DNA of 63,986 nt, counting the filler, from Licmophora abbreviata (lineage: Eukaryota): assembly GCA_900291995.1 (NCBI GenBank). It is 17 parts of 17 records of this genome, joined end to end, with 100 filler letters (N's around TTAATTAATTAA, not from the genome) between each part and the next. Parts side by side here need not be neighbours in the genome. Positions count along the whole stretch, not along the records: positions 40,745 to 42,493 come from OLMU01001086.1; positions 42,594 to 44,050 come from OLMU01001087.1; positions 44,151 to 55,520 come from OLMU01001088.1; 14 more parts are not named here. The stretch is one strand, 5' to 3'. Below are positions 42,197 to 51,414 of this stretch, piece after piece. Within the stretch, counting starts at the first letter, position 1. Every line of letters starts with the position of its first letter. Made by a program: the position numbers and the translations under genes. A model generated the notes under the pieces. It made no database searches. It had not been told where the DNA came from and worked only from the letters and a program-made list of their open reading frames with translations.

Positions 42197-42226
42197 GCCC
42201 CTCGCCGGAGCTGTCCGGCGGGGGGC
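42197..42226. terminator. GC-rich hairpin between convergent ibpA and the META-domain gene
   Basis: GCCCCTCGCCGGA-GCTG-TCCGGCGGGGGGC; no clear U-tract. Confidence 0.45.
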
Positions 42227-42253
42227 ACGCCCCTTGCCGTCTGACCCCTCGCC

Positions 42254-43533
42254 TCAGAACCGCCGCGCCTTTAACAGCGCGGTATCCTCTGGCCCGCCGA
42301 TCAGCAGCAAGGCACCCGTTTCATCCAGATCGAACCGGCGCACCTGCTTCAGCGCATCGAAAATCCGGCGCTCCTGCATCATAAGCGCATCGGGGCAGGC
42401 CATCATCGTTGACCCCACAGGTCCGAAACTCAGCCCCTCGCCAGTCAGGTCATAGGTGCCGAAGAACCGGTTGCACCCCGTGCTACCCGCAAGNNNNNNN
42501 NNNNNNNNNNNNNNNNNNNNNNNNNNNNNNNNNNNNNTTAATTAATTAANNNNNNNNNNNNNNNNNNNNNNNNNNNNNNNNNNNNNNNNNNNNCGGCCAC
42601 ATCTTCGATCTGCCACTCTCCCGACAGAAGGCTTGCCGGATCACCGCCACAGCCGCGCAACTCCCGGTCATCCAGTACCAGTTCGGCCCGATGCGGATAG
42701 GGCATGCCGGTGGCGTCGTCGTTGCACATCCGGTCTTCCATCGTCAGCCTCGCGTTGATCCCCGGCATGTCGAAGACATAGGCGCCGGGCATCACCTCGA
42801 CATCGGGGCGCGGGGCGCTTCGGGTCAGCTCGCCATAATCGGCCACCACCTCGATCGCCTCATCGCCTACCGTCACGGTCCAGCCCGGCTCGTTGCCACG
42901 GGCGCGATACATCTCGTCCGGCGCGCTCATGCGCTGGCAATCGGCAACCTTGGTGCCGTTGATGCTCAGCATCGCCTCGCCGCTCTTCTCCCAGAACTCG
43001 ATCTCGTCCGCGCCCTCGCCTTCGCTGACGAAGCGGGCGCCGGATGCCGCCATGGCCTGTGTCATCACGATATCGCGCCCCCGCATCCGCAGTGCGATCT
43101 GGTCTCCGATGATCCCCAGCAAGACCGGCTGGCCGTCGCAATCGAATTCGGTGGCAAAGGCCAGCGGCGTGACCTGTGCAAGCCGCAGCTCACCCAGATC
43201 GACGGGGTCTGACCCGGCGGAGATCAGCACATCCTGCACGATCCAGCGCGGCTGCCCACCCACCCGGATCACCGCGCTGACCTTTCCCGACAGGCGGGGA
43301 GGAATGTTGAAGGCAAAGGGGATCGGAACCTGGCGGCCTTCGGTCGAAAACTGAACTTCCCCGAGGACCGTGTCGAACGCGCCGCGCGCCTCGACGGTGA
43401 CTTGTGCATCCGGCGGCAGCGCGATCCTTGCAAGATAGCTCAGCTCGCCGGTGATGTCGCGGGTACGATCCTGCGCGACAAGTGGCGTCGCCAAAAAAAC
43501 GCTGGTGATGAGGGCGGTGGCAAATGTCTTCAT
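42254..43533 (-). CDS. Secreted multidomain protein: YbaY-like, MliC-like, COG3650-like and META (linker 42494-42593)
   Basis: GELSYLARIALPPDA and QVPIPF; AASGARF; ARGNEPGW, C.DDATGMPYP; GSTGCNRFFG...STMMACP. Confidence 0.8.
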
Positions 43534-43620
43534 GCTGCAATCTCTATTCTGGCGGACAGGAACGCGGGAATAATAACCCGGATACCCCGCCTTCGACGAG
43601 CGCATCGTCAATGCGGCCGC

Positions 43621-43654
43621 AAAAAACCGCGCGCCCTGTTAACGGGGCGCGCGG
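43621..43654 (-). terminator. Rho-independent terminator downstream of gabD, formed by the end of the family A repeat
   Basis: Minus strand CCGCGCGCCCCGTTAACAGGGCGCGCGG followed by TTTTTT. Confidence 0.65.
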
Positions 43655-43724
43655 CGGTGCCTGATACCGACGCGATACCGACGTTTTACCGACGTGATAC
43701 CGAACCGGGTTTTCCCTTGTTAAC
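43628..43724 (-). repeat. Dispersed intergenic repeat family A, copy 2 (inverted)
   Basis: Reverse complement GTTAACAAGGGAAAACCCGG-TTCGGTATCAC-GTCGGTAAAAC-GTCGGTATCGC-GTCGGTATCAG...GTTAACAGGGCGCGCG. Confidence 0.85.
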
Positions 43725-43748
43725 CAGAGGCTTGCCCCTGATTCGGCG

Positions 43749-45318
43749 TCAGACGCTCATGCAGATGTATTTCATCTCCAGATAATCATCGATCCCGTGA
43801 TGGCTGCCCTCGCGGCCCAGGCCCGATTGCTTGACCCCCCCGAACGGCGCCACCTCGGTCGAGATGATCCCGGTATTGACCCCGACGATCCCGTATTCCA
43901 GCGCCTCGGCCACCTTGTAGACCCGGCTGAGGTCCTTGGCGTAGAAATAGCTGGCCAGCCCGAAGATCGTGTCATTCGCCATGGCGATCACATCATCCTC
44001 GGTCTCGAACTTGAACAGCGGTGCCAGCGGCCCGAAAGTCTCATCGGTGGNNNNNNNNNNNNNNNNNNNNNNNNNNNNNNNNNNNNNNNNNNNNTTAATT
44101 AATTAANNNNNNNNNNNNNNNNNNNNNNNNNNNNNNNNNNNNNNNNNNNNCTGCATGTCCTGGGTCGCACCCGTCACGATGGTCGGCGGCAGGAAGTATC
44201 CCGGCCCCTCGCACAGGCTCGCCGCCTCCAAGGATGACCTCGGCGCCCTTGGCCTTGGCGTCGGCCACATGTTCTTGAACCTTTTCAATGGCATCCGCGT
44301 TGATGAGCGGCCCAAGCATCACGCCATCCTCAAGCCCGTCACCCATCTTCAGCTTGGACACGGCCTCCTTCAGCTTGGCGGCGAAGGCGTCATAGACCCC
44401 GGCCTGAACATAGATCCGGTTGGCGCAGACGCAGGTCTGCCCGTTGTTGCGGAACTTGCACAGGATCGCGCCTTCGACAGCGGCATCCAGATCGGCGTCG
44501 TCGAACACGATGAAAGGCGCGTTCCCCCCGAGCTCCATCGAGCATTTCATGACCTGATCGGCGGCCTGCCGCAGCAGGATGCGTCCCACTTCCGTTGAAC
44601 CGGTAAAGGTCAGTTTGCGCACGGCGGGGTTCTCGCAGAACTCCTTGCCGATCTCGCTGGACTTGGACGAGGTGACGATGCTGAACACGCCCTTCGGAAT
44701 GCCCGCGCGCTCGGCCAGAACGCCCATGACCGTTGCAGACAAGGGCGTTTCCGTCGCCGGCCGCCCCACAAAGGCACAGCCCGCCGCCAGCGCCGGCGCT
44801 GCCTTGCGGGTGATCATCGCATTGGGAAAGTTCCATGGCGTGATCGACGCGGCAACCCCGATGGGCTGCTTGATGACCGTGATCCGCTTGTCTCGCTGAT
44901 GGCCGGGGATCGTCTCGCCATAGATGCGCTTGGCTTCCTCGGCGAAGAACTCCACAAAGCTGGCGCCATAGGCGATCTCGCCCTTGGCCTCGGCCAGCGG
45001 CTTGCCCTGTTCGGCAGTCAGGATGATGCCCAGATCTTCTTGATTTTCCATCATCAGATCGAACCATTTACGCAGCACGGCAGCGCGCTCCTTGCCGGTC
45101 CAGCTTGCCCATTCCTTCTGGGCGGCCTCGGCATGGGCGATGGCCTTGGCCACCTGCGCCCGGCTCAGATCGGCGACATTTGCGATCACGTCACCGCGCG
45201 CGGGGTTGGTCACCTCGAACGTACCGTTGTCACCGTCCACCCAGTCACCGCCAACATAAGCCTGCTCGGCCAGCAGGCTGGGATCCTTGAGAAGCGATTT
45301 CAGATCGGTCTTTGTCAT
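43749..45318 (-). CDS. gabD: NAD(P)-dependent succinate-semialdehyde dehydrogenase (linker 44051-44150; apparent frameshift near 44213)
   Basis: [45 protein letters not shown]. Confidence 0.9.
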
Positions 45319-45400
45319 GGCTTGTTCCTTTTCGGATTGGTCTGGAAAAGGCAAATCATCTTGGGCTAGGCTTGTCCATACAAAGAGGCAGGATATTGTG

Positions 45401-46192
45401 ATGGAATTGGACGATGCATATGCCAATGGACCCTATATTCAAGGGGCGGAAGGCTATCCACCTCGCTGGATCGTGCAGGCCGCCGCCTTTCGCGAAGAGC
45501 TTGCCAATACCGGCCATGCCCACCTTGATCGGCCCTATGGAGCGACACCGCGTCAGGCCTATGATCTGTTTTTGCCCAAGGGTCCGCCGACCGGTCTGTG
45601 CGTCTTCGTGCATGGCGGCTATTGGCTTAAATTCGACCGGTCCTACTGGTCGCATTTCGCCGCTGGTCCGCTGGCGCATGGGTGGGCTGTGGCCATGCCC
45701 TCCTACGATCTTTGCCCCGATGTGCAGATCGCCGATATCACCCGCCAGATCGCCCGCGCCACCGAGGTGGCCGCAGACGAGATCCCGGGTCCGATCATAC
45801 TGGCGGGGCATTCGGCGGGTGGGCATCTTGCAGCGCGCCTTTGCGTTCCGGGGGTCTTGACCGATGCCACCGCCAAGCGGCTCAAGCGCGCGGTGCCGAT
45901 CTCGCCGGTGTCGGATCTGCGCCCGCTTCTCAGGACATCGATGAACGACCAGTTTTGTCTTGATATGTCCTCCGCTGAGGCGGAAAGCCCCGTCTTGATG
46001 CGCCCCATGGACCATGTCGGCGTTACCGTCTGGGTGGGTGCAGACGAACGGCCCGTCTTTCTCGATCAGGCGCGCTGGCTGGCCGAGGCCTGGGGCTGCG
46101 GGCATCATGTGGCACAGGGTCGGCATCATTTCGATGTGATCAATGCGCTCACCGATCCCGCAAGCCCGATGGTCGGCGCCCTTACCGGCTGA
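45401..46192 (+). CDS. Alpha/beta hydrolase (arylformamidase-like)
   Basis: HGGYW oxyanion motif, GHSAGG nucleophile elbow, HHFDV. Confidence 0.88.
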   Translation: MELDDAYANGPYIQGAEGYPPRWIVQAAAFREELANTGHAHLDRPYGATPRQAYDLFLPKGPPTGLCVFVHGGYWLKFDRSYWSHFAAGPLAHGWAVAMPSYDLCPDVQIADITRQIARATEVAADEIPGPIILAGHSAGGHLAARLCVPGVLTDATAKRLKRAVPISPVSDLRPLLRTSMNDQFCLDMSSAEAESPVLMRPMDHVGVTVWVGADERPVFLDQARWLAEAWGCGHHVAQGRHHFDVINALTDPASPMVGALTG

Positions 46193-47177
46193 GCGAGGAC
46201 CAGCAGGGCAGGGTATCGCCGACTGCGGGCGTCGCCGCATGGACGGCCCGGGCGATGGCGCGCGCCATGCAGATCGCCGCGGCATGGCCAAGCGCCAGCG
46301 TATCAGCGAGCGGGTTTTCAACGCTCAGCGCGCCTGTTGCCGCGGCGAAGATCAAATCACCATCCATCGGTGTATGCGACGGCACCAAGGCCCGCGCCAA
46401 CCCGTCATGCGCAGCCGTGGCCAGCCGCGTACATTGCGCCTTGCTCAGGATCGCATCGGTGGCGACGATCCCGATCGTGGTATTGGCGTGTTGCGACAGC
46501 TTGGTGCGGGGAATGAGCGTGTCGGGGTAATGAGGGGCTGGCCCCAACCCGCCGAATTCCTCGCCCATTTCAAACGGTGCCGCCCAGAAATGCGGCCCCT
46601 CGCCAACAGTTGCGGACCCAAGCGCATTCACCACCACCAGCGCGCCCACCACATGCCCAGACGGCAGCATCACCGACGCCGATCCAAGCCCCCCTTTGAG
46701 TGTCGCGGTCGTGGCGCCCACCCCAGCTCCGGCGGTGCCGATATCGAACGTCGTGCCAACCTGCGCCAGTGCCTCCATCCCCAGCCGTTTGTAGGGGTTT
46801 TCGGGCCAATGCTTGTCACCACCGTTCAGCAGGTCGAAAATGATCGCCGCGGGCACGATCGGCACGCGCTGATCCCCGACCGCAAAGCCTCGCCCGGCCG
46901 CCCGCAATGCATCCGCCACCCCCGACGCCGCATCCAGCCCAAAGGCGGACCCTCCAGACAGAACCAGCGCATCGACCTCGGTCACGGTCTTGTCGGGTGC
47001 CAAAAGGTCTGTTTCGCGGCTCCCGGGCGCACCGCCCATCACATGAACCCCGGCTGTGAACGGCACTTCGCCCAAAAGGACGGTCGCGCCGGTCTTGATG
47101 TGGTCGTCGCTGGCATTGCCCACCAAAAGGCCCGGCACATCGGTAATCAGGTTGGTCGGTCCCGGTGTGATGCTCAT
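46182..47177 (-). CDS. P1 (S58, DmpA-like) peptidase
   Basis: NLITDVPG, GGAPGSRETDL, SGGSAFGL, NTTI, HTPMDGD. Confidence 0.9.
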   Translation of the reverse strand: MSITPGPTNLITDVPGLLVGNASDDHIKTGATVLLGEVPFTAGVHVMGGAPGSRETDLLAPDKTVTEVDALVLSGGSAFGLDAASGVADALRAAGRGFAVGDQRVPIVPAAIIFDLLNGGDKHWPENPYKRLGMEALAQVGTTFDIGTAGAGVGATTATLKGGLGSASVMLPSGHVVGALVVVNALGSATVGEGPHFWAAPFEMGEEFGGLGPAPHYPDTLIPRTKLSQHANTTIGIVATDAILSKAQCTRLATAAHDGLARALVPSHTPMDGDLIFAAATGALSVENPLADTLALGHAAAICMARAIARAVHAATPAVGDTLPCWSSLSR

Positions 47178-47307
47178 GGTCGCTATTTTCCCTTCGGCGT
47201 GTCGCAAACCATCTTGCCAGAATGCGCAGGATCGGCAAGGAAGGTGCACGGTCGGGGCGATGGCGTCGCCCCAAAAGGCCGCATGCTCCAACAGTCCTGA
47301 ACGCCGG

Positions 47308-47330
47308 GACCTTTCTTTCGAAGGAGGGTC
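47308..47330 (+). promoter_or_regulatory. Shine-Dalgarno-sequestering hairpin before the creatinase start
   Basis: GACCTTTCTT-TCG-AAGGAGGGTC: 10-bp stem with two G-U pairs covering AAGGAGG. Confidence 0.55.
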
Positions 47331-47333
47331 GAT

Positions 47334-48542
47334 ATGACTGCACGTCCTGAAATGTATCGTTTCCACAACGGCGAAAAGGCAAAGCTGCCCTTTGCTGAAA
47401 TCGAGTATGAGGCGCGTCTCAAGGGTCTGCGCCAGATCATGGACGATGCCGGCGCTCAGGCGGTCGTGCTGACATCCATGCACAACATCGCCTACTACAG
47501 CGGCTTTCTCTATTGCGCCTTTGGCCGGCCTTACGGGCTTGTCGTGACGGACAGCGATTGCGTCACGATCAGCGCGGGCATCGACGCGGGCCAGCCCTGG
47601 CGCCGCTGTCATGGCGACAACATCACCTACACGGATTGGCAGCGTGACAATTTCTGGCGCGCGATCCTGTCGGTGACGGGGGATAACAAGGTTGTCGGCT
47701 ATGAGGGCGATCACCTGACCCTGCAGCAGCGCGACAAGCTCGAGGATTTTCTCAAGCCGCTGACCATGGTCGATGTCGCCCCCGCCACGATGCGCCAGCG
47801 TCTGTGGAAATCCCCCGCCGAGATCGCCTTGATCCGCGAGGGCGCCCGGGTGGCGGATGTGGGCGGCTATGCGATCCGCGAAGCGGTCAAGGTCGGCGTG
47901 CGCGAGATCGACGTGGCCATGGCCGGGCGCGATGCGATGGAGCTGGAAATCGCCAAAAGCTTCCCGGATGCCGAATACCGTGACACCTGGGTCTGGTTCC
48001 AGTCGGGCCTCAACACCGACGGCGCACACAACCCTGTCACGGCCCGCATGCTCGAGCGTGGCGATATCCTGAGCCTGAACACTTTTCCGATGATCTCGGG
48101 CTATTACACCGCTCTGGAACGCACCATGTTCGTAGGTGAGGTCGACGAGGCCAGCCTGCGCATCTGGGAGGCCAATGTGGCGGCCCATGAATACGGCATG
48201 TCGCTGCTCAAGCCCGGTACCAGTTGCGCCGAGGTGACCCATGCGATCAACGCCTTCTTCGAGGAACGCGATCTGCTGCAATACCGCACCTTCGGCTATG
48301 GCCATTCCTTCGGGCTGCTGTCGCATTATTACGGCCGCGAAGCAGGGCTGGAACTGCGCGAGGATATCGACACGATCCTGCAGCCCGGCATGGTCATCAG
48401 CATGGAGCCGATGTTGACGATTGCCCAAGGTCAGCCCGGCGCGGGCGGCTACCGCGAGCATGACATCCTCGTCATCACCGAGGATGGCAACGAGAACATC
48501 ACCGGCTATCCTTACGGCCCCGAGTTCAACGTGGTCGGCTAA
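47334..48542 (+). CDS. Creatinase (creatine amidinohydrolase, M24 fold)
   Basis: FLYCAFGRPYG, GQPWRR, YTDWQRDN, NTDGAHNP, YGHSFG..SHYYGREAGLELREDI, GYREHD match creatinases. Confidence 0.88.
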   Translation: MTARPEMYRFHNGEKAKLPFAEIEYEARLKGLRQIMDDAGAQAVVLTSMHNIAYYSGFLYCAFGRPYGLVVTDSDCVTISAGIDAGQPWRRCHGDNITYTDWQRDNFWRAILSVTGDNKVVGYEGDHLTLQQRDKLEDFLKPLTMVDVAPATMRQRLWKSPAEIALIREGARVADVGGYAIREAVKVGVREIDVAMAGRDAMELEIAKSFPDAEYRDTWVWFQSGLNTDGAHNPVTARMLERGDILSLNTFPMISGYYTALERTMFVGEVDEASLRIWEANVAAHEYGMSLLKPGTSCAEVTHAINAFFEERDLLQYRTFGYGHSFGLLSHYYGREAGLELREDIDTILQPGMVISMEPMLTIAQGQPGAGGYREHDILVITEDGNENITGYPYGPEFNVVG

Positions 48543-48567
48543 GCCCGTTCAATGATCCCTGACATGC

Positions 48568-48594
48568 GAGGGCGGTCCCATGGGCCGCCCTTTT
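48568..48594 (+). terminator. Rho-independent terminator after the creatinase
   Basis: GAGGGCGGTCC-CAT-GGGCCGCCC-TTTT. Confidence 0.7.
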
Positions 48595-48689
48595 GCCGTG
48601 GTCTGCGGCGATCACGTCATTGCACCGGGCTGGCGCAGCCCGTATTCAGGGCATGACAGGTGACCACACTTGGTACGGGGGTAAGCGGC

Positions 48690-48956
48690 ATGGCGGCATT
48701 TGCACGGCTGGTATTTTTCGGCTTCCTTTTCCTGACGGCGATTTACGTGGTCATATCTATCTGGTCGCGATCCGTGCGCCGCGAAAAACTGGAGCGCGAA
48801 TGGCACGAGCAGGGTAGGCCGGGCGACAAGGATACCTATATCACAGCTGGGTTGACCGATTACGAGAACTCGCTCCGACGCAAGCTGATCTTGCTGGTCT
48901 ATGTCATTCCGACCGCGGCGGTAGCGGTGATCATCTATGTGACGAACTTCATGTAA
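48690..48956 (+). CDS. Small two-TM hypothetical membrane protein
   Basis: Two hydrophobic helices flanking SVRREKLEREW; 10 bp upstream of the DUF1523 gene. Confidence 0.75.
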   Translation: MAAFARLVFFGFLFLTAIYVVISIWSRSVRREKLEREWHEQGRPGDKDTYITAGLTDYENSLRRKLILLVYVIPTAAVAVIIYVTNFM

Positions 48957-48966
48957 GGGGGCCGGA

Positions 48967-49548
48967 ATGGTCTATTTGAAATGGGGATTCTGGGGGCTTT
49001 TCTGGCTTGGTGTCGTGGCGTTCTTCCACTACACGCTGCCACAGCATGATGTCGTGCGGATCACCGATACCTACGAAAAGCGCGTCGATCCCGGCTCCAA
49101 CGCCCTGTTCTGGTCCAATGCCGACACCGGGTCGGATCCGACGACGCCAAGCCGTGATGTGTTCTTCATTCAGACGTTCCAGGCCAACGACAAGCCGATG
49201 ATCTATCGCAACGAGGATACAGGCTGGGGCTGGCCGCCCTATTTCAAGTTCGACACGTCCAACCTGCAGGCCGAAGCCTCGGATCTGCTGTCAAAAAAAA
49301 GCGAAGCAAATGCGCAATGGGTCGTGATCACACATTACGGCTGGCGCAACGAGTTCTTCTCGATCTTTCCGAACGCGGTCGGGATCAAACCGGCGGATGG
49401 CCCTGATCAGACAACCATCCCTTGGTTCAACATCGTGTTCCTGACGGTGTTTGCGGCTTTCGCATGGGGTATCCGGGTGCGGTGGAAACGGTTCCGCGCC
49501 AGCCGGATCGACCCGGTGATCGAAGACTGGACCGAAGGCCGGGGCTGA
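48967..49548 (+). CDS. DUF1523 family protein
   Basis: HYTLP, RDVFFI, YRNEDTGWGWPPYFKFD, HYGWR. Confidence 0.85.
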   Translation: MVYLKWGFWGLFWLGVVAFFHYTLPQHDVVRITDTYEKRVDPGSNALFWSNADTGSDPTTPSRDVFFIQTFQANDKPMIYRNEDTGWGWPPYFKFDTSNLQAEASDLLSKKSEANAQWVVITHYGWRNEFFSIFPNAVGIKPADGPDQTTIPWFNIVFLTVFAAFAWGIRVRWKRFRASRIDPVIEDWTEGRG

Positions 49549-49608
49549 ACGCTCCCGGCCCCGGTATGTGCGCACACCAGGCGCGCGCAGATGGCGCGAT
49601 GAGTGGCC

Positions 49609-50481
49609 TCAGCGCTTGCCGTAATACAGCCCCACGACGTGTTCGGCCTCGGCAAAGAACAGCCAGCGTGATGCCGCAATGCCCGCCAGATGCGCCGCAA
49701 CCGCAATCAGGGCAAGCACATGCCCGAAGGGCAGCAGCAAAAGAACGACCGGCGCTGCGTATCCCAGCACCAGGGCGATACCGCGCAGTTTCAGCGCATG
49801 TTTGCGACCCACAACATGCACGAATTCCTTGAGAAGATAGTTGTTGCCGGTATGCGGTGCCTCGAACGCGCGCACGCGACCGATACCGCCAAGACCAGTT
49901 GCACTGGCCATGTCCGTGCCGCTGGTGTTCAGGGCCGTGTCACCGCGTACCCACCAGACCACTTGAACAACTGCCGCAATCGGCAACAGGACCAGCGCGG
50001 CGGTGATCTGTCCGGCCAGAAGGGCGCCACCTGACACCGATATAGCAAGCAACAGCGCCGGCGTTAGCGGGCTTTTCCAACGTGGCACGGTTTTCAGCTG
50101 CCCATAGATCATCGCCGTCGAATAGACCGTCACCAGCGACAATGCCGCTCCGATCCAGCCCAGAACGGTCCATCGGGCATCGAAAAATACCAGTCCAAGG
50201 GCATAGAGACCCATGAACACCAGCGCCGCGACCGAAGCCCATGCCTCGCGGCTCAACCAGCTTGTGCGCCACTGGCTGAATGCCTTGATGGCGCGTTCCG
50301 GATGACCAAGGTGAAAGGTCGAGGCCAAAAGCCCGCCCACCGCAAGCGCATAGGCGATGGCGAAAAAGGCAAAGGCCACCCACCCGGTCACGGCAGGCAT
50401 TCCAAGGCCCAGCCAGAACAGCAGTCCGAATCCAAGACCCGACAAGGTGGTGAAGATGATGACGGAAGGAGCAGGATGCAT
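49609..50481 (-). CDS. soeC: Sulfite dehydrogenase membrane anchor SoeC (DmsC family)
   Basis: MHPAPSVIIFTT, HLGHPERA, SWLSRE, RWLFFAEAEH. Confidence 0.85.
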   Translation of the reverse strand: MHPAPSVIIFTTLSGLGFGLLFWLGLGMPAVTGWVAFAFFAIAYALAVGGLLASTFHLGHPERAIKAFSQWRTSWLSREAWASVAALVFMGLYALGLVFFDARWTVLGWIGAALSLVTVYSTAMIYGQLKTVPRWKSPLTPALLLAISVSGGALLAGQITAALVLLPIAAVVQVVWWVRGDTALNTSGTDMASATGLGGIGRVRAFEAPHTGNNYLLKEFVHVVGRKHALKLRGIALVLGYAAPVVLLLLPFGHVLALIAVAAHLAGIAASRWLFFAEAEHVVGLYYGKR

Positions 50482-50482
50482 G

Positions 50483-51262
50483 TCAGAGTTTCTCCAGGGC
50501 CTTGTCCAGCCAGCCGATAAAGCCTTTGGGCTCTTCGGCGACGGGCTTGAGGAACGGGGCCAGCACATCGATCTGGCCATCGGGCTTTGGTGCGGTGGCA
50601 GCGGGACGGTCCATCTGGTCCTTGGGACGCGGAGGCAGATACTTGTTGACCGGCTTCGTGCCTTGCTCGGGCATCAGGTCCATGCCGTCACGCTCGGCTA
50701 CCAATTTCGAAACGTCGCTGTCCGGATCGCCCAGATCCCCGAAATGACGCGCCCCTGACGGACAGGTCCGCACGCAGGCGGGCACGCGATCCACTTCGGG
50801 CAGGTTTTCGTTATAGATGCGGTCCACGCAGAGCGTACATTTCTTCATCACGCCTTCAGCCGCATCCATCTCGCGCGCGCCATAAGGACAGGCCCAGGCA
50901 CATAGTCCGCAACCGATGCAGTCGGTCTCGTTGACCAGCACGATCCCGTCCTCGACCCGCTTGTAGCTGGCGCCGGTGGGGCACACGGTCACGCAAGGGG
51001 CATCCTCGCAATGCAGGCAGGATTTCGGGAAGTGGATCAACTGCGCCGCACCCTCATCGGGCTGCACCTCGTAGGAATGGATGCGGTTCAGGAACGTGCC
51101 CGAGGGGTCCGCGCCATAGGGATCTTGATCCGACAGCGGCGCGCCGTAATTCTCAGTGTTCCAGCCTTTGCAGGACACGACGCAGGCGTGACAGCCCACG
51201 CAGGTGTCCAGATCGATCACCAGTCCCATCTTCCGCTGAGTGGTTTCGGGAAGCGACGTCAT
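50483..51262 (-). CDS. soeB: Sulfite dehydrogenase Fe-S subunit SoeB
   Basis: CVGCHACVVSC, CLHCEDAPCVTVCP, CIGCGLCAWACP, KCTLC. Confidence 0.87.
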   Translation of the reverse strand: MTSLPETTQRKMGLVIDLDTCVGCHACVVSCKGWNTENYGAPLSDQDPYGADPSGTFLNRIHSYEVQPDEGAAQLIHFPKSCLHCEDAPCVTVCPTGASYKRVEDGIVLVNETDCIGCGLCAWACPYGAREMDAAEGVMKKCTLCVDRIYNENLPEVDRVPACVRTCPSGARHFGDLGDPDSDVSKLVAERDGMDLMPEQGTKPVNKYLPPRPKDQMDRPAATAPKPDGQIDVLAPFLKPVAEEPKGFIGWLDKALEKL

Positions 51263-51414
51263 GTCAAGCGCTCCTCTGTTGCCGGGGCCGGGATGACCAT
51301 TGTCACCGACGCCTCGTTTTCCTTGTCCCATGTGGCGATGAACCAGATGAACGACCCAAGCGTCAGGGCCACGAAAGCCATGATCGCCAGCAGCGTCAGG
51401 GTTTTGCCGCTCAT
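51259..51414 (-). CDS. 51-aa single-TM protein, absent from the ORF track
   Basis: MSGKTLTLLAIMAFVALTLGSFIWFIATWDKENEASVTMVIPAPATEERLT; ATGA overlaps with both the soeA stop and the soeB start. Confidence 0.75.
   Translation of the reverse strand: MSGKTLTLLAIMAFVALTLGSFIWFIATWDKENEASVTMVIPAPATEERLT

Noticed and set aside
5975..44230. Frameshifts in serA, transglutaminase, glcE and gabD as pseudogenes or programmed frameshifting
   Set aside because: Both halves are otherwise intact, single-base corrections restore conserved motifs, and no slippery heptamer is evident; the assembly is a fragmented draft.
46182..48461. 759-aa minus-strand ORF as a large fusion protein
   Set aside because: Only 46182-47177 has peptidase motifs; the rest is the stop-free antisense shadow of the creatinase gene.
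47334..48542. DMSP lyase DddP or Xaa-Pro peptidase
   Set aside because: Same M24 fold, but the motifs (YTDWQRDN, DGAHNP, SHYYGRE, GYREHD) are those of creatinases.
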